Positions 1 to 11,723 of a DNA stretch of 64,000 nt are shown here, one piece after another. The stretch lies in assembly GCA_963716745.1 (NCBI GenBank), contig OY970320.1, forward strand, positions 2,688,001-2,752,000, in the 5' to 3' direction. Every line of letters begins with the position of its first letter. The first letter of the stretch is position 1. Made by a program: the position numbers and the translations under genes. The notes below the pieces were generated by a model. The model was given only the letters and a program-made list of their open reading frames with translations, did no database searches and was not told the DNA's origin. The stretch is from an uncultured Gemmatimonadaceae bacterium. GTDB lineage: Bacteria; Gemmatimonadota; Gemmatimonadetes; Gemmatimonadales; Gemmatimonadaceae.

Positions 1-95
1 GTCGAGAGCAGCGCGAGACCGCGCGGGTGGCCGAAGAGCGCGGTGTCGTCGAGCGCCGAGGGCGCGCCGGGAGCGGGAGCGGCGGGAGCGGTCAC
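1..95 (-). CDS. Partial (N-terminus only) POT/PTR-family proton-dependent oligopeptide transporter
   Basis: Manual translation from GTG at 95 gives MTAPAAPAPGAPSALDDTALFGHPRGLALLS..., running off the window. FGHPRGL is the typical N-terminal motif of DtpT-like POT transporters, and the gene follows a peptide ABC operon. Confidence 0.65.
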   Translation of the reverse strand, partial: MTAPAAPAPGAPSALDDTALFGHPRGLALLS

Positions 96-171
96 GTTTG
101 CCTCATGGGTGATCGGAACTTTCGCGGACGCGGGAGAAGATACCGTCTACCCCGCAACGTGCCAGACGCTT

Positions 172-1162
172 TCACACACCGCTGCGCGCCACCTTGTGGC
201 ACGCGACCCAGTGTCCGGGCGACTTCTCCTCGAGCGGCGGCACGGTGGCGCTGCAGGCCGCATCCTTGGCCGGGTGCGGGCATCGCGGATGGAAAGCGCA
301 GCCGGCCGGTGGATTCGCGGGCGATGGCACGTCGCCCGTGAGCACCGCGCGGCGGCGCTCGGCGCCCGGGTCGGGGATCGGCACCGCCGAGAGGAGGGCG
401 CGCGTGTACGGCATTTTGGGCTCGCGGTAGAGCGTATCCACCGCTGCGAGTTCGACGATGCGGCCCAGGTACATCACCGCGACGCGATCGGCGATGTGCT
501 CCACCACGGAGAGATCGTGCGCGATGAACAGGTATGCGAGCCCGCGGCGCTGCTGCAGGTCGGCGAGCAGGTTGATCACCTGTGCCTGGACGGAGACATC
601 AAGCGCGGAGACGGGTTCGTCGCAGACGATGAAGCGCGGTTCCACGGCGAGCGCGCGCGCAATGCCGAGGCGCTGGCGCTGGCCGCCGGAGAATTCGTGG
701 GGGTAGCGCGAGGCGGCCTCGGTGCCGAGTCCCACTTCGTCGAGGAGGCGTGCGACGCGCGCGTCGGCATCCGCGCCGGCGGCGATGCCGTGGATCGCGA
801 TCCCTTCGCGCACGATCGCGCGCGCGGTCATGCGCGGATCGAGCGAGCCATAGGGATCCTGGAACACGAGCTGCATCTCGCGGCGCACGCGGCGCATCGA
901 TTCGCGGAGAGTGCGCGCAGGTCGCGGCCATCGAAGTGGATCGCGCCCGATGTCGGCTCGATGAGGCGCAGGATGCAGCGCCCGAGCGTGGTCTTCCCGC
1001 AGCCGGACTCACCGACGAGGCCGAGCGTCTCACCCGCGGCGATCGTGAGCGAGACGGAGTGCACGGCGCGCGTCGGGGGGCCGCGGCGGTTGACGAAGTC
1101 CTTGGTGAGATCAGAGACGGCCAGCAACGGCGGGCTGTCGGCTGTCGGCTGTCGGCTGCCAG

Positions 1163-1166
<4 letters not shown>
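172..1166 (-). CDS. oppF: Oligopeptide/dipeptide ABC transporter ATP-binding subunit (OppF/DppF), frameshift near 900
   Basis: Walker [10 protein letters not shown] lies in the upstream frame. [17 protein letters not shown] and the C-terminal oligo_HPY region (GCAFHPRCP...VACH) lie in ORF 172..897. Confidence 0.9.
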
Positions 1167-2128
<962 letters not shown>

Positions 2129-2132
<4 letters not shown>

Positions 2133-3090
2133 CGCGCGTCCACCTGGCGCGGATCGAAGGCGTCGCGCAGCCCGTCGCCGAACACGTTCACCGACGAGGC
2201 AGGTGATCACGATCGCGAGCCCGGGGAAGAGCGACATCCACCAGAGCGCGGTGAGCTGCTCGGAGCCTTCCTGGATGATGTTCCCCCAGCTCGGCGTGGG
2301 CGGCCGCACGCCGATGCCGAGGAAGCTCAGCGCGGCCTCGAGGTACACGACGTGGCCGAGCGCGAGCGTGCCGGCGACGATCACCGTGGAGGCGACGTTC
2401 GGCAGCAGATGCCGCCAGAGGATCTCGCGGTCGCGCGCGCCGAGCGCGCGCGCGGCGACGGTGAAATCCTGCTCGCGCAGCGACGAGCACCTGCGCGCGC
2501 ACGAGACGGCTCGTGGGGAACCAGCCGGTGAGGCCGATGAGCAGGATGAGCCCGGGAGGGAGACGTTCTGCGCGACCGCGACGACGGCGATGAGGAGCAG
2601 GATGCGCGGCACCGACATCGCGGCATCGGTGAGGCGCATCATCGCGCCGTCGATGCGGCCGCCGTAGAAGCCGGCGATCGCGCCCCACGCGGCGCCGACG
2701 ACCACCGTCACGAGCGCCGCGAGCGCGGAGACGGCGAGCGTGATGCGCGAACCGAAGAGCACGCGGCTCAGCACGTCGCGGCTCGCGAAATCGGTGCCGA
2801 AGGGATGGCGACGCCGGACGGCAGACTCGCGTGCAGCGCGACGATGTCGAGCTGCCGTTCGGGCCGTACTGCGTGAGCAGCGGCGCGCAGACGGCGCACG
2901 AGCACGAGCGCGAGCGATCACGAAGAGCGCGAACATCGCGCCGCGGTCGGCGGCGAGACGCTCGAGCGAGCGCCGCCAGGGGCTCGCGGCCGCTCCGGCG
3001 GCCGCCGGCGCGCGACCGCGCGGCCGCACGGCGAGCGACAGCGAGCGCGGCCGCCGACGAGGCAGGCGATCCAGGCGAGCGCGCCTGCAC
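2129..3090 (-). CDS. oppC: Peptide ABC transporter permease (OppC/DppC), several frameshifts
   Basis: [27 protein letters not shown]-like loop [24 protein letters not shown], and C-terminus [11 protein letters not shown]. Confidence 0.88.
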
Positions 3091-3091
3091 G

Positions 3092-4070
3092 CTACGCCAC
3101 CCGCACGCGCGGGTCGGCCGCGGCGTACAGCAGGTCCGCGACCAGGCTGCCGAGCACCACGAGCACGCTGGAGGCGATCGTGATCGCGAGCAGCAGCGGA
3201 TAGTCGCGCTTCGCCGACCGCGCCGGCGGCGAGCGAGCCGATGCCGGGCCAGGCGAAGATCCGCTCGATGATCACCGCGCCGCCGAGCAGGGCGGGGAGC
3301 CAGAGGCCGAAGAGCGTGATCACCGGCAGGAGCGCATTGCGGAAGACGTGCCGCCGGAGGATGCGGCCCTCGATCAGTCCCTTCGCGCGCGCGGTGCGGA
3401 CGAAGTCCTCGTGCATCACGTCGAGCATCGCGGCGCGCTGGTAGCGCGAGATCCCCGCGGCGGCGACGAGCGCGAGCGTGCCCGCGGGCAGGATGAGATG
3501 CGCGCGCGCGATCGCCGAGCTTTCCCCAGAGATCCGTACGAGGGATACATGACCGCGTCGGTCATGCCGCCGTGACCGGGAGCAGCTGCAGCTTGTACGA
3601 GAAGAGGAAGAGCGCCATGAGCGCGAACCAGAAATCGGGGAGCGCATAGAGGAACATCGCGACGCCGCCGACGCTGCGGTCCACGGCGCCGCCCGGCCGG
3701 CGCGCCTGCAGCACGCCCGCGCCGACGCCGAGCGCGAAGGTGAGCGCCGATGGCGAAGAGCATGAGCACGAGCGTGTTCGGCACCGCCTCCGCGAGCACG
3801 TCGGCCGACCGGGCTGCGCGTGCGGGATCGACCAGCCGAGGTCGCCGCGCGCGAGGGACCCGATCCAGCAGCCATAGCGCGCGGCGATGCCGCGGTCGAG
3901 GCAGTACTCGTGGCGGATCTGCGCGCGCGCTTCGGCGGCACGCGTGCGTCGCCGTACGCGGCGTCCACCGCGTCGCCGGGCGCGAGCGCGAGCAGGAAGA
4001 AGGTGAACGTCGCGACGAGCCACACGATCACCACGCCCTGGAGCGCGCGGCGCGCGAGCAGCTTCGTCAT
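3092..4070 (-). CDS. oppB: Peptide ABC transporter permease (OppB/DppB), several frameshifts
   Basis: [30 protein letters not shown]...[18 protein letters not shown], and C-terminus RDYPLLL...[14 protein letters not shown]. Confidence 0.88.
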
Positions 4071-4076
4071 CGCGCG

Positions 4077-5801
4077 CTACGGCTTCGCGGGCGCGGCCGG
4101 GCTCGGCGCGGGAGGCGGCGCGGGTGGAAGCTCGCCGGCACGGTCGCGCGCCGTGCGCTCGGCCGCGGGGATCGACCACAGCCGCAGGTTGATCGCCCAC
4201 GCGTCCGCGCGGATGCCCGCCGGATGCACGCGCTTCGCGACTCCCGCCATCGCGAGCGGCTCATAGAGCCAGATCGCCGGCGCGTCCTCGATGATCGTCA
4301 CGTACGCCTTGCGATAGTACGCCTTGGACTTGGCGGGATCCATCTGCCGGACCGCGGAGTCGACGTACGCATCGAACGCCGCCGATCTGGTAGTAGCCAT
4401 AGTTCGAGCCGCCATTGCCCGGCGGCGGACCGGCCCCACGATTCGCGCACGTTCGCGGGGCTCGGATCCAGGCCGGTGAGCTGGATCTGCATGTCGAAGT
4501 CGCCGCGCCTCGTTGCGCGCGATGGCGGTGGGCGGGTCCACGAGCTCCACGTCCGCCTTCGCGCCGATCTGCTTGAACGACTCCTGCATGAGCTCGGCCA
4601 TGTGCCGGCGCGGCAGGCTGGAACTCGGCGACATGATGCCGAAGGCGAGCTGGCGTCCGTTCTTCTCCCGAACGCCCGTGCTCGCGTTCAGCTTCCAGCC
4701 GCTGCGCGTCGAGAATGCGCTTCGCGCTGTCGGGCGAGTAGGGGAGCAGCGGGACCGTGGGGTCGTAGGTGGAATACGAGGACGACAGCGGGCCGTGGCC
4801 GACGGTCGCGAAGCTGTCGAACACGCTCTGCACGATCGTCGGCGCGGTCGATGGCCATGCTCAGCGCGCGGCGCGTCTCGCGGTCGCCGAAGATCGGGAT
4901 GCGGCGCGGCGCGATTCTTCTTCTCGCGCTCGATTGAACACACGAAGCCCGTGTTAAGGACGGGTACGGCAGCGCCCGCAGCGTCGGGATGCTTCGCGAA
5001 CTCCGGCATGTCCATCGGACGCAGGAACTCGAGCAATCCGCATCGCCCGAGAGGAGGCGCATGACGCGTGGTGCTCGGATCCGGCGGCGATGCTCCAGAT
5101 CACGCGGTCGAGATGCGGACGGCCCAGATGGTAGTCCGTGTTCGCGTCGAGGACGATCGCCTGGCGCGCGTCCCAGCGCGCGAACTTGAACGGCCCGCTG
5201 CCGACGGGATTGCGCATGAACGGCGCCGTTCTTGAGATCTCGGCGCGCGGCACCGAACCCAAGCACGTGCTCCGGGAGGATCCGCATCTGCCATGCGGCG
5301 TCCAGGAATTGCTCGGGCGTGCGGCTGCGAGAACCAGAAGACGGCGGTGAGCGAGTCGCGCACCGTGACGGAGTCGATGCTCTTGATCAGCGGGCGCACG
5401 AGCGATCCGGTCGCGCTGTCGTTGTAGACCTGCCAGGTGAAGCGGACATCGTTCGCGGTGACCGGCGGCGCCGTCGTGCCAGCGCGCCTTCGGGTCGATG
5501 TGGAACGCGATCGACAGGGAGTCGGGCGCCCACGTCCAGCCGGTCGCGAGCACGCGGTGCGAAGCCCGCATCGCCGACGATGTTCAGTGCCGAGGCCGAC
5601 TTCGGCGAGCTTCTCGAAGATCTGCGCCTCGACCTCGGTCGAGACGGCGTTGATCGTGACCGGCGGCAGGAATCCATCGGCGTCGCTGCCGGAGGAGATC
5701 ACGAGCGTGCCGCCGTCGGCGCCGGCGGCGCCGCGCGACGCGGAGTCGCCGCAGGCGGCGGTGAGCGCGATCAGGCAGAGGGCGAACGATCGAATGCGCA
5801 T
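4077..5801 (-). CDS. oppA: Peptide ABC transporter substrate-binding lipoprotein (SBP family 5), multiple frameshifts
   Basis: Lipobox LTAAC, KARWHDG..VTANDVRFT, NPVGSGPFKF, and ETRRALSMAIDR and IIEDAPAIWLY across frames. First gene of the opp operon. Confidence 0.85.
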
Positions 5802-5838
5802 GTGCTCCGGAACGAATGAGGAGATCATCGCGGCGCCA

Positions 5839-6643
5839 TCAGCGGCGCCATGTCCACGCGTCGCTCTCATAGCGGGCCGAGAGCGCGAGTGCTGCCTGCA
5901 TCAAGTCATTATCCACGTCCAACTCGGCGGGCGCCGCGTTCTCCATGCTCTCGAGCGCCCGGGCGAACGCCGCCGCGAATTCCGTGCTGCTCGGCTGCCG
6001 GCCCGTGAGCGCCCGCAGCGTCGCGGGCGCCGGCGGCGGCGGAAGGGGCGACCGGAGCAGTTCGCTCGCGAGCGCCTGGTCGTCGTCCACCAGGATCGAG
6101 CCGTGCTGCAGCAGTGCGCCTTGGTCCCGCCACTGCGCGCTGCCCACGAGCTTGCGGCCGCCGGCAACGAGCTCTCCCGCGACCGGTTCTTCGAAACAGG
6201 GCGCGACGCCCGGTCGCGGCGTCGCACCGGACGCCCGCGCCTCCCCGGCGTCCACGCCGAGCCGGCGCAATGCGTCCACTAGTAGACGATTGATGCGTTG
6301 GTACGATTCCCGCAGCGAGCCGAGCGCGTGCACCGGCGCAGCCACGGCGTAGGTGATCTCGCGGTGGTGGAGCACGGCGCGGCCGCCGGTGGGCCGTCGC
6401 ACGAAGCCGACGCCGAGGCGGCGGGCGGCGTCGAGATCGTAGCGTCCGCGCGCGGTCTGGTGTCGCCCGAGTGACAGGGTGGGTGCGCTCCAGGCGTAGA
6501 GGCGCGCGAGGATCGCATCGTCGGCGCGCGCGCGGGCCATCATGGCCTCGTCGAGCGCCATGTTGAACGCGCCGGAGGCGGGAGGGGACACGAACAGACG
6601 CCACGTGACGGCAGCGCGCGGTGTCGAGGGGGAGCGGGGTCAC
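5839..6643 (-). CDS. Lipoate-protein ligase / octanoyltransferase (LplA/LipM family); probable frameshift near 6610
   Basis: NMALDEA, RLYAWSAPTLSLGRHQ, RRPTGGRAVLH, GRKLVGSAQ and LQHGSI motifs. Adjacent to gcvP/gcvH. A GTG at 6643 is preceded by TATCCT. Confidence 0.88.
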
Positions 6644-6696
6644 GAGGGAAAGGATAGGCAATGGTGCCATTCGCGGCGAGGGGAGGGTGTCCAACA

Positions 6697-6816
6697 GCCG
6701 GGAGCCGATCGCCGGGAGCCGATGAGGAATGACAACACATTCCATAAAGACACTTCGCATTGCCGTTATGGAATTAATTGTCATGCCATATCGGCTCCCG
6801 GCAATCGGCTCCCGGC
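6697..6816. repeat. ~120-nt intergenic inverted repeat between the divergent lipoate ligase and gcvP genes
   Basis: GCCGGGAGCCGAT x2 (6697-6723) pairs with ATCGGCTCCCGGC x2 (6790-6816). Inner pairs are ATGACAA/TTGTCAT and ATTCCATAA/TTATGGAAT. Confidence 0.85.
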
Positions 6817-6867
6817 AGTCACGCTCACGGGTTGGAATTCGGGGCGTCCCGGTATCATCTTTAACGG

Positions 6868-9759
6868 ATGTCTCCCTCAAAGATCCCCGCGTCGCAGCTC
6901 GACGCTGACTCGTTCGTCCCGCGCCATATCGGACCGAGCGACGCCGACGTCCGCGTCATGGCGGAAGCGGCCGGCTTCAAGTCCCTCGATGCGCTCATCG
7001 ACGCGACGGTACCGTCGACCATCCGGCTGAAACGCCCGCTCGCGATCGCCACGGGCAAGAGCGAGACCGAAGCGCTGCGCGGATTCCGCGAGCTCGCGAG
7101 CCGGAACAAGGTGTTCCGCTCCTTCATCGGACTCGGCTACTACAACTGCCTCACGCCGCCCGTGATCCAGCGCAACATCCTGGAGAATCCGGCGTGGTAC
7201 ACCGCGTACACGCCCTACCAGGCGGAGATCGCGCAAGGGCGCCTCGAAGCACTGCTGAATTTCCAGACGATGGTGATGGATCTCACCGGACTCGAGATCG
7301 CGAATGCTTCGCTGCTCGACGAGGGCACGGCCGCCGCCGAAGCGATGAACATGGCGCATGCGCTCAAGGCGAAGCCGGGGCGCAACACGTTCTTCGTGAG
7401 CGATGAATGCTTCCCCCAAACGGTAGACGTCGTGCGCACCCGCGCGAAGGCGCTCGGCATCACAGTGGTCACCGGTGATCATCGCACGTTCGAGTTCGGC
7501 GCCGAAGTCTTCGGCGCGCTTATCCAATATCCGGCGGCCGACGGCGCGATCTACGATTACCGCGCGTTCACCGAGGCCGCGCACAAGCACGACGCGATGG
7601 TCATCGCGGCGACCGACCTGCTCGCGCTCACGCTGCTCACGCCGCCGGGCGAGTGGGGCGCGGACGTCGCGGTGGGCAACTCGCAGCGATTCGGCGTGCC
7701 GATGGGATTCGGCGGTCCGCATGCCGCGTTCTTCGCGACCAAGGACGAGTTCAAACGCCATCTCCCGGGACGGATCATCGGCGTCTCACGCGATTCGAAC
7801 GGGAGGCCGGCGCTGCGCATGGCGCTGCAGACGCGCGAACAGCACATCCGCCGCGAGAAGGCCACGAGCAACGTGTGCACGGCGCAGGTGCTGCTCGCGG
7901 TGATGGCGAGCATGTACGCCGTGTGGCACGGTCCGGTGGGGCTCACGCGGATCGCGACGCGCATCCGCCGGTACGCCGAAGCGCTCGCGGCCGGGCTCAA
8001 GCAGATGGGCTACACGATCACCCACGATGTGTTCTTCGACACGCTGCGCGTGGAGCTCGGCGCGCGGAAGCTCAGCGAGATCCTGCGTGAGGCGCGTGCG
8101 CGCGAGATCAACATCCGCGTGATCGACGAGAACACCGTCGGGATCGCATTGGGCGAGAGCACGCTCATCGTCAATGTGGCTGACCTGCTGGCCGTGTTCG
8201 CCGACGGCGACGGCGCAGCGCCCGCGGTGGAAGGGTTGGTCGAGAAGGCGGATCCGCGGTTCGATGAGCGGTTCGCGCGCACGAGCGCGTTCCTCACGCA
8301 TCCCGTGTTCAGCCGCTACCGCTCCGAGACCGAGATGCTGCGCTACATGCGCACCCTCGAATCGAAGGACCTGTCGCTCACGCATTCAATGATCGCGCTC
8401 GGCTCGTGCACCATGAAGCTGAACGCGACGAGCGAGATGGTGCCGGTGACGTGGCGCGAGATCTCGCGCCTGCACCCGTTCGCGCCGGCGGAGCAGACCG
8501 ATGGCTATCAGATCCTATTCGAGCGGCTCGAAGCGTCGCTCGCTGAGATCACGGGATTCTCCGCCGTGTCGCTGCAGCCGAACGCGGGTTCGCAGGGCGA
8601 GTACGCGGGGCTGCTGGTGATCCGCGCATACCACGAGAGCCGCGGCGAGACGCATCGCACCGTGTGCCTCATTCCGCGGTCGGCGCACGGTACCAATCCG
8701 GCGAGCGCGGTGATGGCGGGCTTCGAGGTGATCGTCGTGAACACCGACGAGAGCGGCAACATCGATCTCGGCGACCTGCGTGCGAAGGCCGAGCAGCACA
8801 AGGCGAACGTCGGCGCGATCATGGTGACGTACCCGAGTACGCACGGCGTGTTCGAGGAGGGGATCAAGGAGATCTGCGCGATCGTGCACGCGGCGGGCGG
8901 ACAAGTCTATCTGGACGGCGCGAACATGAACGCGATGGTGGGCCTCGCGCGCCCGGGCGACATCGGCGCGGATGTCTGCCATTTGAACCTGCACAAGACA
9001 TTCTGCATCCCGCATGGCGGCGGTGGTCCCGGGATGGGGCCGATCGGCGTCGCCGCGCATCTCGCGCCGTTCCTGCCGCGGCACGTCTTCGCCGAGGTGG
9101 GCGGTGCGCAGGGCACGGGTGCCGTGAGCGCGGCGCCATGGGGGAGCGCGAGTATTTTGCCGATCTCGCACCTGTACATCGAATTGATGGGCGGTGAGGG
9201 GCTCACCATGGCGACGAAGGTCGCGATCCTCAACGCGAATTACATGGCGAAGCGGCTCGAGCCGTACTACCCGGTGCTGTACAAGGGGAAGAACGGCACC
9301 GTGGCGCATGAGTGCATCATCGATCCGCGGGCGTTCAAGACGAGCGCCGGCGTCGAAGTGGAGGACATCGCGAAGCGGCTCATGGACTACGGGTTCCACG
9401 CGCCCACCGTGAGCTTCCCGGTGGCGGGCACGCTGATGATCGAGCCGACGGAGAGCGAGTCGAGAGCCGAGCTGGACCGGTTCTGCGACGCGCTGATCGC
9501 GATCCGAGAGGAGATCCGCGAGATCGAGCAGGGGACGGCGGACCGCGAGAACAATCCGCTCAAGCACGCTCCGCACACGCTGGAGACCGTGCTCACGAGC
9601 GCCTGGGACCGGCCGTACACGCGCGAGCAGGCGGCATTCCCCGCGCCGTGGACGCGCGAGCGGAAATTCTGGCCGTCGGTGGGACGAGTCGAGAGCGCCT
9701 ACGGGGACAGGAATCTGGTGTGTTCGTGTCCGCCGATAGAGGAATACCAGCCTGCTTAG
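6868..9759 (+). CDS. gcvP: Glycine dehydrogenase (decarboxylating), glycine cleavage P protein
   Basis: 963 aa with [39 protein letters not shown] and the PLP lysine motif [18 protein letters not shown]. Confidence 0.98.
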   Translation: MSPSKIPASQLDADSFVPRHIGPSDADVRVMAEAAGFKSLDALIDATVPSTIRLKRPLAIATGKSETEALRGFRELASRNKVFRSFIGLGYYNCLTPPVIQRNILENPAWYTAYTPYQAEIAQGRLEALLNFQTMVMDLTGLEIANASLLDEGTAAAEAMNMAHALKAKPGRNTFFVSDECFPQTVDVVRTRAKALGITVVTGDHRTFEFGAEVFGALIQYPAADGAIYDYRAFTEAAHKHDAMVIAATDLLALTLLTPPGEWGADVAVGNSQRFGVPMGFGGPHAAFFATKDEFKRHLPGRIIGVSRDSNGRPALRMALQTREQHIRREKATSNVCTAQVLLAVMASMYAVWHGPVGLTRIATRIRRYAEALAAGLKQMGYTITHDVFFDTLRVELGARKLSEILREARAREINIRVIDENTVGIALGESTLIVNVADLLAVFADGDGAAPAVEGLVEKADPRFDERFARTSAFLTHPVFSRYRSETEMLRYMRTLESKDLSLTHSMIALGSCTMKLNATSEMVPVTWREISRLHPFAPAEQTDGYQILFERLEASLAEITGFSAVSLQPNAGSQGEYAGLLVIRAYHESRGETHRTVCLIPRSAHGTNPASAVMAGFEVIVVNTDESGNIDLGDLRAKAEQHKANVGAIMVTYPSTHGVFEEGIKEICAIVHAAGGQVYLDGANMNAMVGLARPGDIGADVCHLNLHKTFCIPHGGGGPGMGPIGVAAHLAPFLPRHVFAEVGGAQGTGAVSAAPWGSASILPISHLYIELMGGEGLTMATKVAILNANYMAKRLEPYYPVLYKGKNGTVAHECIIDPRAFKTSAGVEVEDIAKRLMDYGFHAPTVSFPVAGTLMIEPTESESRAELDRFCDALIAIREEIREIEQGTADRENNPLKHAPHTLETVLTSAWDRPYTREQAAFPAPWTRERKFWPSVGRVESAYGDRNLVCSCPPIEEYQPA

Positions 9760-9791
9760 TCGGGAGCGTGTGTAGCGTCTGGCGTCTGGTA

Positions 9792-10181
9792 CTACTCTCC
9801 GACGTGCGTGGTGTATTCGTCTGGGCCTAACAGTTGATCGCGGTCGCTGGCCTTCGCGAGGCGGAGTTTGATCATCCAGCCGTCGCCGTACGGGTCCGTG
9901 TTCACGAGTGCCGGTTCCTTATCGAGGCGCTCGTTGACGGCCACCACCTTGCCCGCGAGCGGCGAGAACAGTTCCGACACCGCCTTCACCGCCTCGATCG
10001 TGCCGAACACGTCCATGCGCGCGAAATCGTCGCCCGACTTCGGCAGTTCGACATACACGACGTCGCCCAACTGGTCCTGCGCGTAGTCGGTGATCCCGAT
10101 CTGCACGACGTCCGCGTCAGCGGTGCTCTTCACGTACTCGTGCTCCTCGGTGTACAACAGATCGGCGGGGATCTTCGACAC
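9792..10181 (-). CDS. gcvH: Glycine cleavage system H protein
   Basis: YTEEHEY, IGITDYAQDQLGDVVYV, lipoyl-lysine motif IEAVKAVSE, and VNTDPYGDGW. GTG start at 10181 with GGAG upstream. Confidence 0.97.
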   Translation of the reverse strand: MSKIPADLLYTEEHEYVKSTADADVVQIGITDYAQDQLGDVVYVELPKSGDDFARMDVFGTIEAVKAVSELFSPLAGKVVAVNERLDKEPALVNTDPYGDGWMIKLRLAKASDRDQLLGPDEYTTHVGE

Positions 10182-10215
10182 GACGGGCTCCGCGGCTTGA
10201 ATGAAGGGAAGGGCT

Positions 10216-10244
10216 AGTCTAGACAGCGGTTCTGGAGGTGTCAA
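10216..10244 (-). promoter_or_regulatory. Sigma70-type promoter for gcvH
   Basis: The minus strand reads TTGACA-N17-TAGACT about 35 nt upstream of the gcvH start. Confidence 0.75.
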
Positions 10245-10266
10245 GCAACGGCGAACTGCGACACTA

Positions 10267-10479
10267 CGTGAGTACCGAGTCGTGCGTGTTCGACCACGCG
10301 TAGCGTGAGTACCGAGTCGTGCGTGTTAGACCACTGAAAGCGTGCGTACCGAGTCGTGCGGACGCACGCCGTGCGTGGTCGAATACGCACGACTCGGTAC
10401 TCACGCCGTTGGTGGTCTAACACGCACGACTCGGTACTCACGCCGTTGGTGGTCAAACACGCACGTCTCGGCACTCACG
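10267..10479. repeat. Palindromic array of 37-bp-period repeats (3 direct + 3 inverted copies), REP/REPIN/MITE-like
   Basis: Unit CGTGAGTACCGAGTCGTGCGTGTTCGACCAC at 10267, 10304 and 10341 (third copy degenerate). Reverse-complement copies start at 10375, 10412 and 10449. Confidence 0.92.
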
Positions 10480-11092
10480 CCGTATCGCGCATCCCCGCCC
10501 GCGCCTCCAGTGCCGCCCATACTTCATCCACCCTCCTCGACAACGCCCGCTGGTCCGAGTCGTTCTCGATCACGAAATCCGCCTGCGCCCGCTTGAGTTC
10601 GGCGGGCATCTGCGCGGCGATCATGTGCATCGCATCGTCGCGCGGCATGCCGCGGCGCGTGGTCAGCCGCTCGAGGCGCACCTCCTTCGGCGCGTCCACC
10701 AGCACGATCACATCGTAGTCGGCCTGCAGCTTCTTCTCGAACAGCAGCGGGATGTCGCAGATCACGATGCGGTCGCCGCGTGCTTTCGCGGCCTGCACCT
10801 CCTGATCGCGCAGCTTCGCCACGGCGGGGTGCACGATCGCGTTGAGCGCCTCGAGTTCAGCGGGCTCCGCGAACACGAGATGGCGCAGCGCCGCGCGGTC
10901 GAGGGTGCCGTCGGCGAGGAACATTCGGCGCCCCCAGCGTGCTTCGATCGCCCGATGCCCGGGCGTGCCCGGTTCCACGGCGATGCGCGCCAGCACGTCG
11001 GCGTCGATGATCGTCGCACCGCGTGCCGCGAGCAGCTGCGCGACGCTCGATTTGCCGCTCGCCGTATTCCCCGTCAGTCCGACGACAAGCAT
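10475..11092 (-). CDS. coaE: Dephospho-CoA kinase
   Basis: VGLTGNTASGKS, IIDAD, LNAIVHP, DIPLLFE and ADFVIEND. Confidence 0.96.
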   Translation of the reverse strand: MLVVGLTGNTASGKSSVAQLLAARGATIIDADVLARIAVEPGTPGHRAIEARWGRRMFLADGTLDRAALRHLVFAEPAELEALNAIVHPAVAKLRDQEVQAAKARGDRIVICDIPLLFEKKLQADYDVIVLVDAPKEVRLERLTTRRGMPRDDAMHMIAAQMPAELKRAQADFVIENDSDQRALSRRVDEVWAALEARAGMRDTA

Positions 11093-11105
11093 CGCGGCTA
11101 GCGCC

Positions 11106-11723
11106 TCACAGCAGCGCCACCTGGTCCTCGTCGCGCCGCGGCACGTCGTGGCAATGCCGGCAACGCGCCTCGTAGCTCTCCTGGCCGCCCACCATGATGA
11201 TCGGCGAATCCCAACGCGCCGGCTTCCCGGCGATCAGCCGCTGGTTCCGGCTCGCGGGACCGCCGCACACGACGCAGATCGCGTGCAGCTTGTCCACCAC
11301 ATCGGCGACCGCCATGAGCTGCGGCATCGCGCCGAACGGCATTCCGCGGAAATCGGTGTCGGTGCCGGCGAGGATCACGCGGATCCCACGCTCGGCGAGC
11401 GACGTCGAGAGTTCCACCACGCCCGAATCGAGGAACTGCGCTTCGTCTATCGCGACCACGTCGGCGCCGCCGTTGAGCTGCTGCGCGATCTGCAGCGAGG
11501 AATCCACGGGTACGGCTTCCACCGTGCGCCCGTCGTGGCTCGAGATGGAGAACACGCCGAGATAGCGGTCATCGAGATGCGATTTGAACACCTGCACGCT
11601 CTTCTTCCCGATGATCGCGCGGCGCACACGGCGGATGAGCTCTTCGCTCTTGCCGCTGAACATGACGCCCGAGATGACCTCGATCCATCCGCTGCGGACG
11701 CCGTGGAAGACGGGGTCGATCAC
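11106..11723 (-). CDS. tdk: Thymidine kinase (type II)
   Basis: [28 protein letters not shown], and zinc ligands CVVC...YEARCRHC. Confidence 0.96.
   Translation of the reverse strand: MIDPVFHGVRSGWIEVISGVMFSGKSEELIRRVRRAIIGKKSVQVFKSHLDDRYLGVFSISSHDGRTVEAVPVDSSLQIAQQLNGGADVVAIDEAQFLDSGVVELSTSLAERGIRVILAGTDTDFRGMPFGAMPQLMAVADVVDKLHAICVVCGGPASRNQRLIAGKPARWDSPIIMVGGQESYEARCRHCHDVPRRDEDQVALL

Noticed and set aside
6660..6867. Glycine riboswitch upstream of gcvP
   Set aside because: The conserved aptamer motifs (GGAGA...CCGAAG, CTCTCAGG) are not present. The region is a simple long inverted repeat.
10267..10479. CRISPR array
   Set aside because: The linkers are only 6 nt and partly identical, the orientation flips midway, and there are no cas genes.
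10241..10718. Short ORFs across the repeat array (also 42176-42789)
   Set aside because: They are translations of the DNA repeat in shifting frames (the 37-bp period is not a multiple of 3), with no RBS or coding bias.
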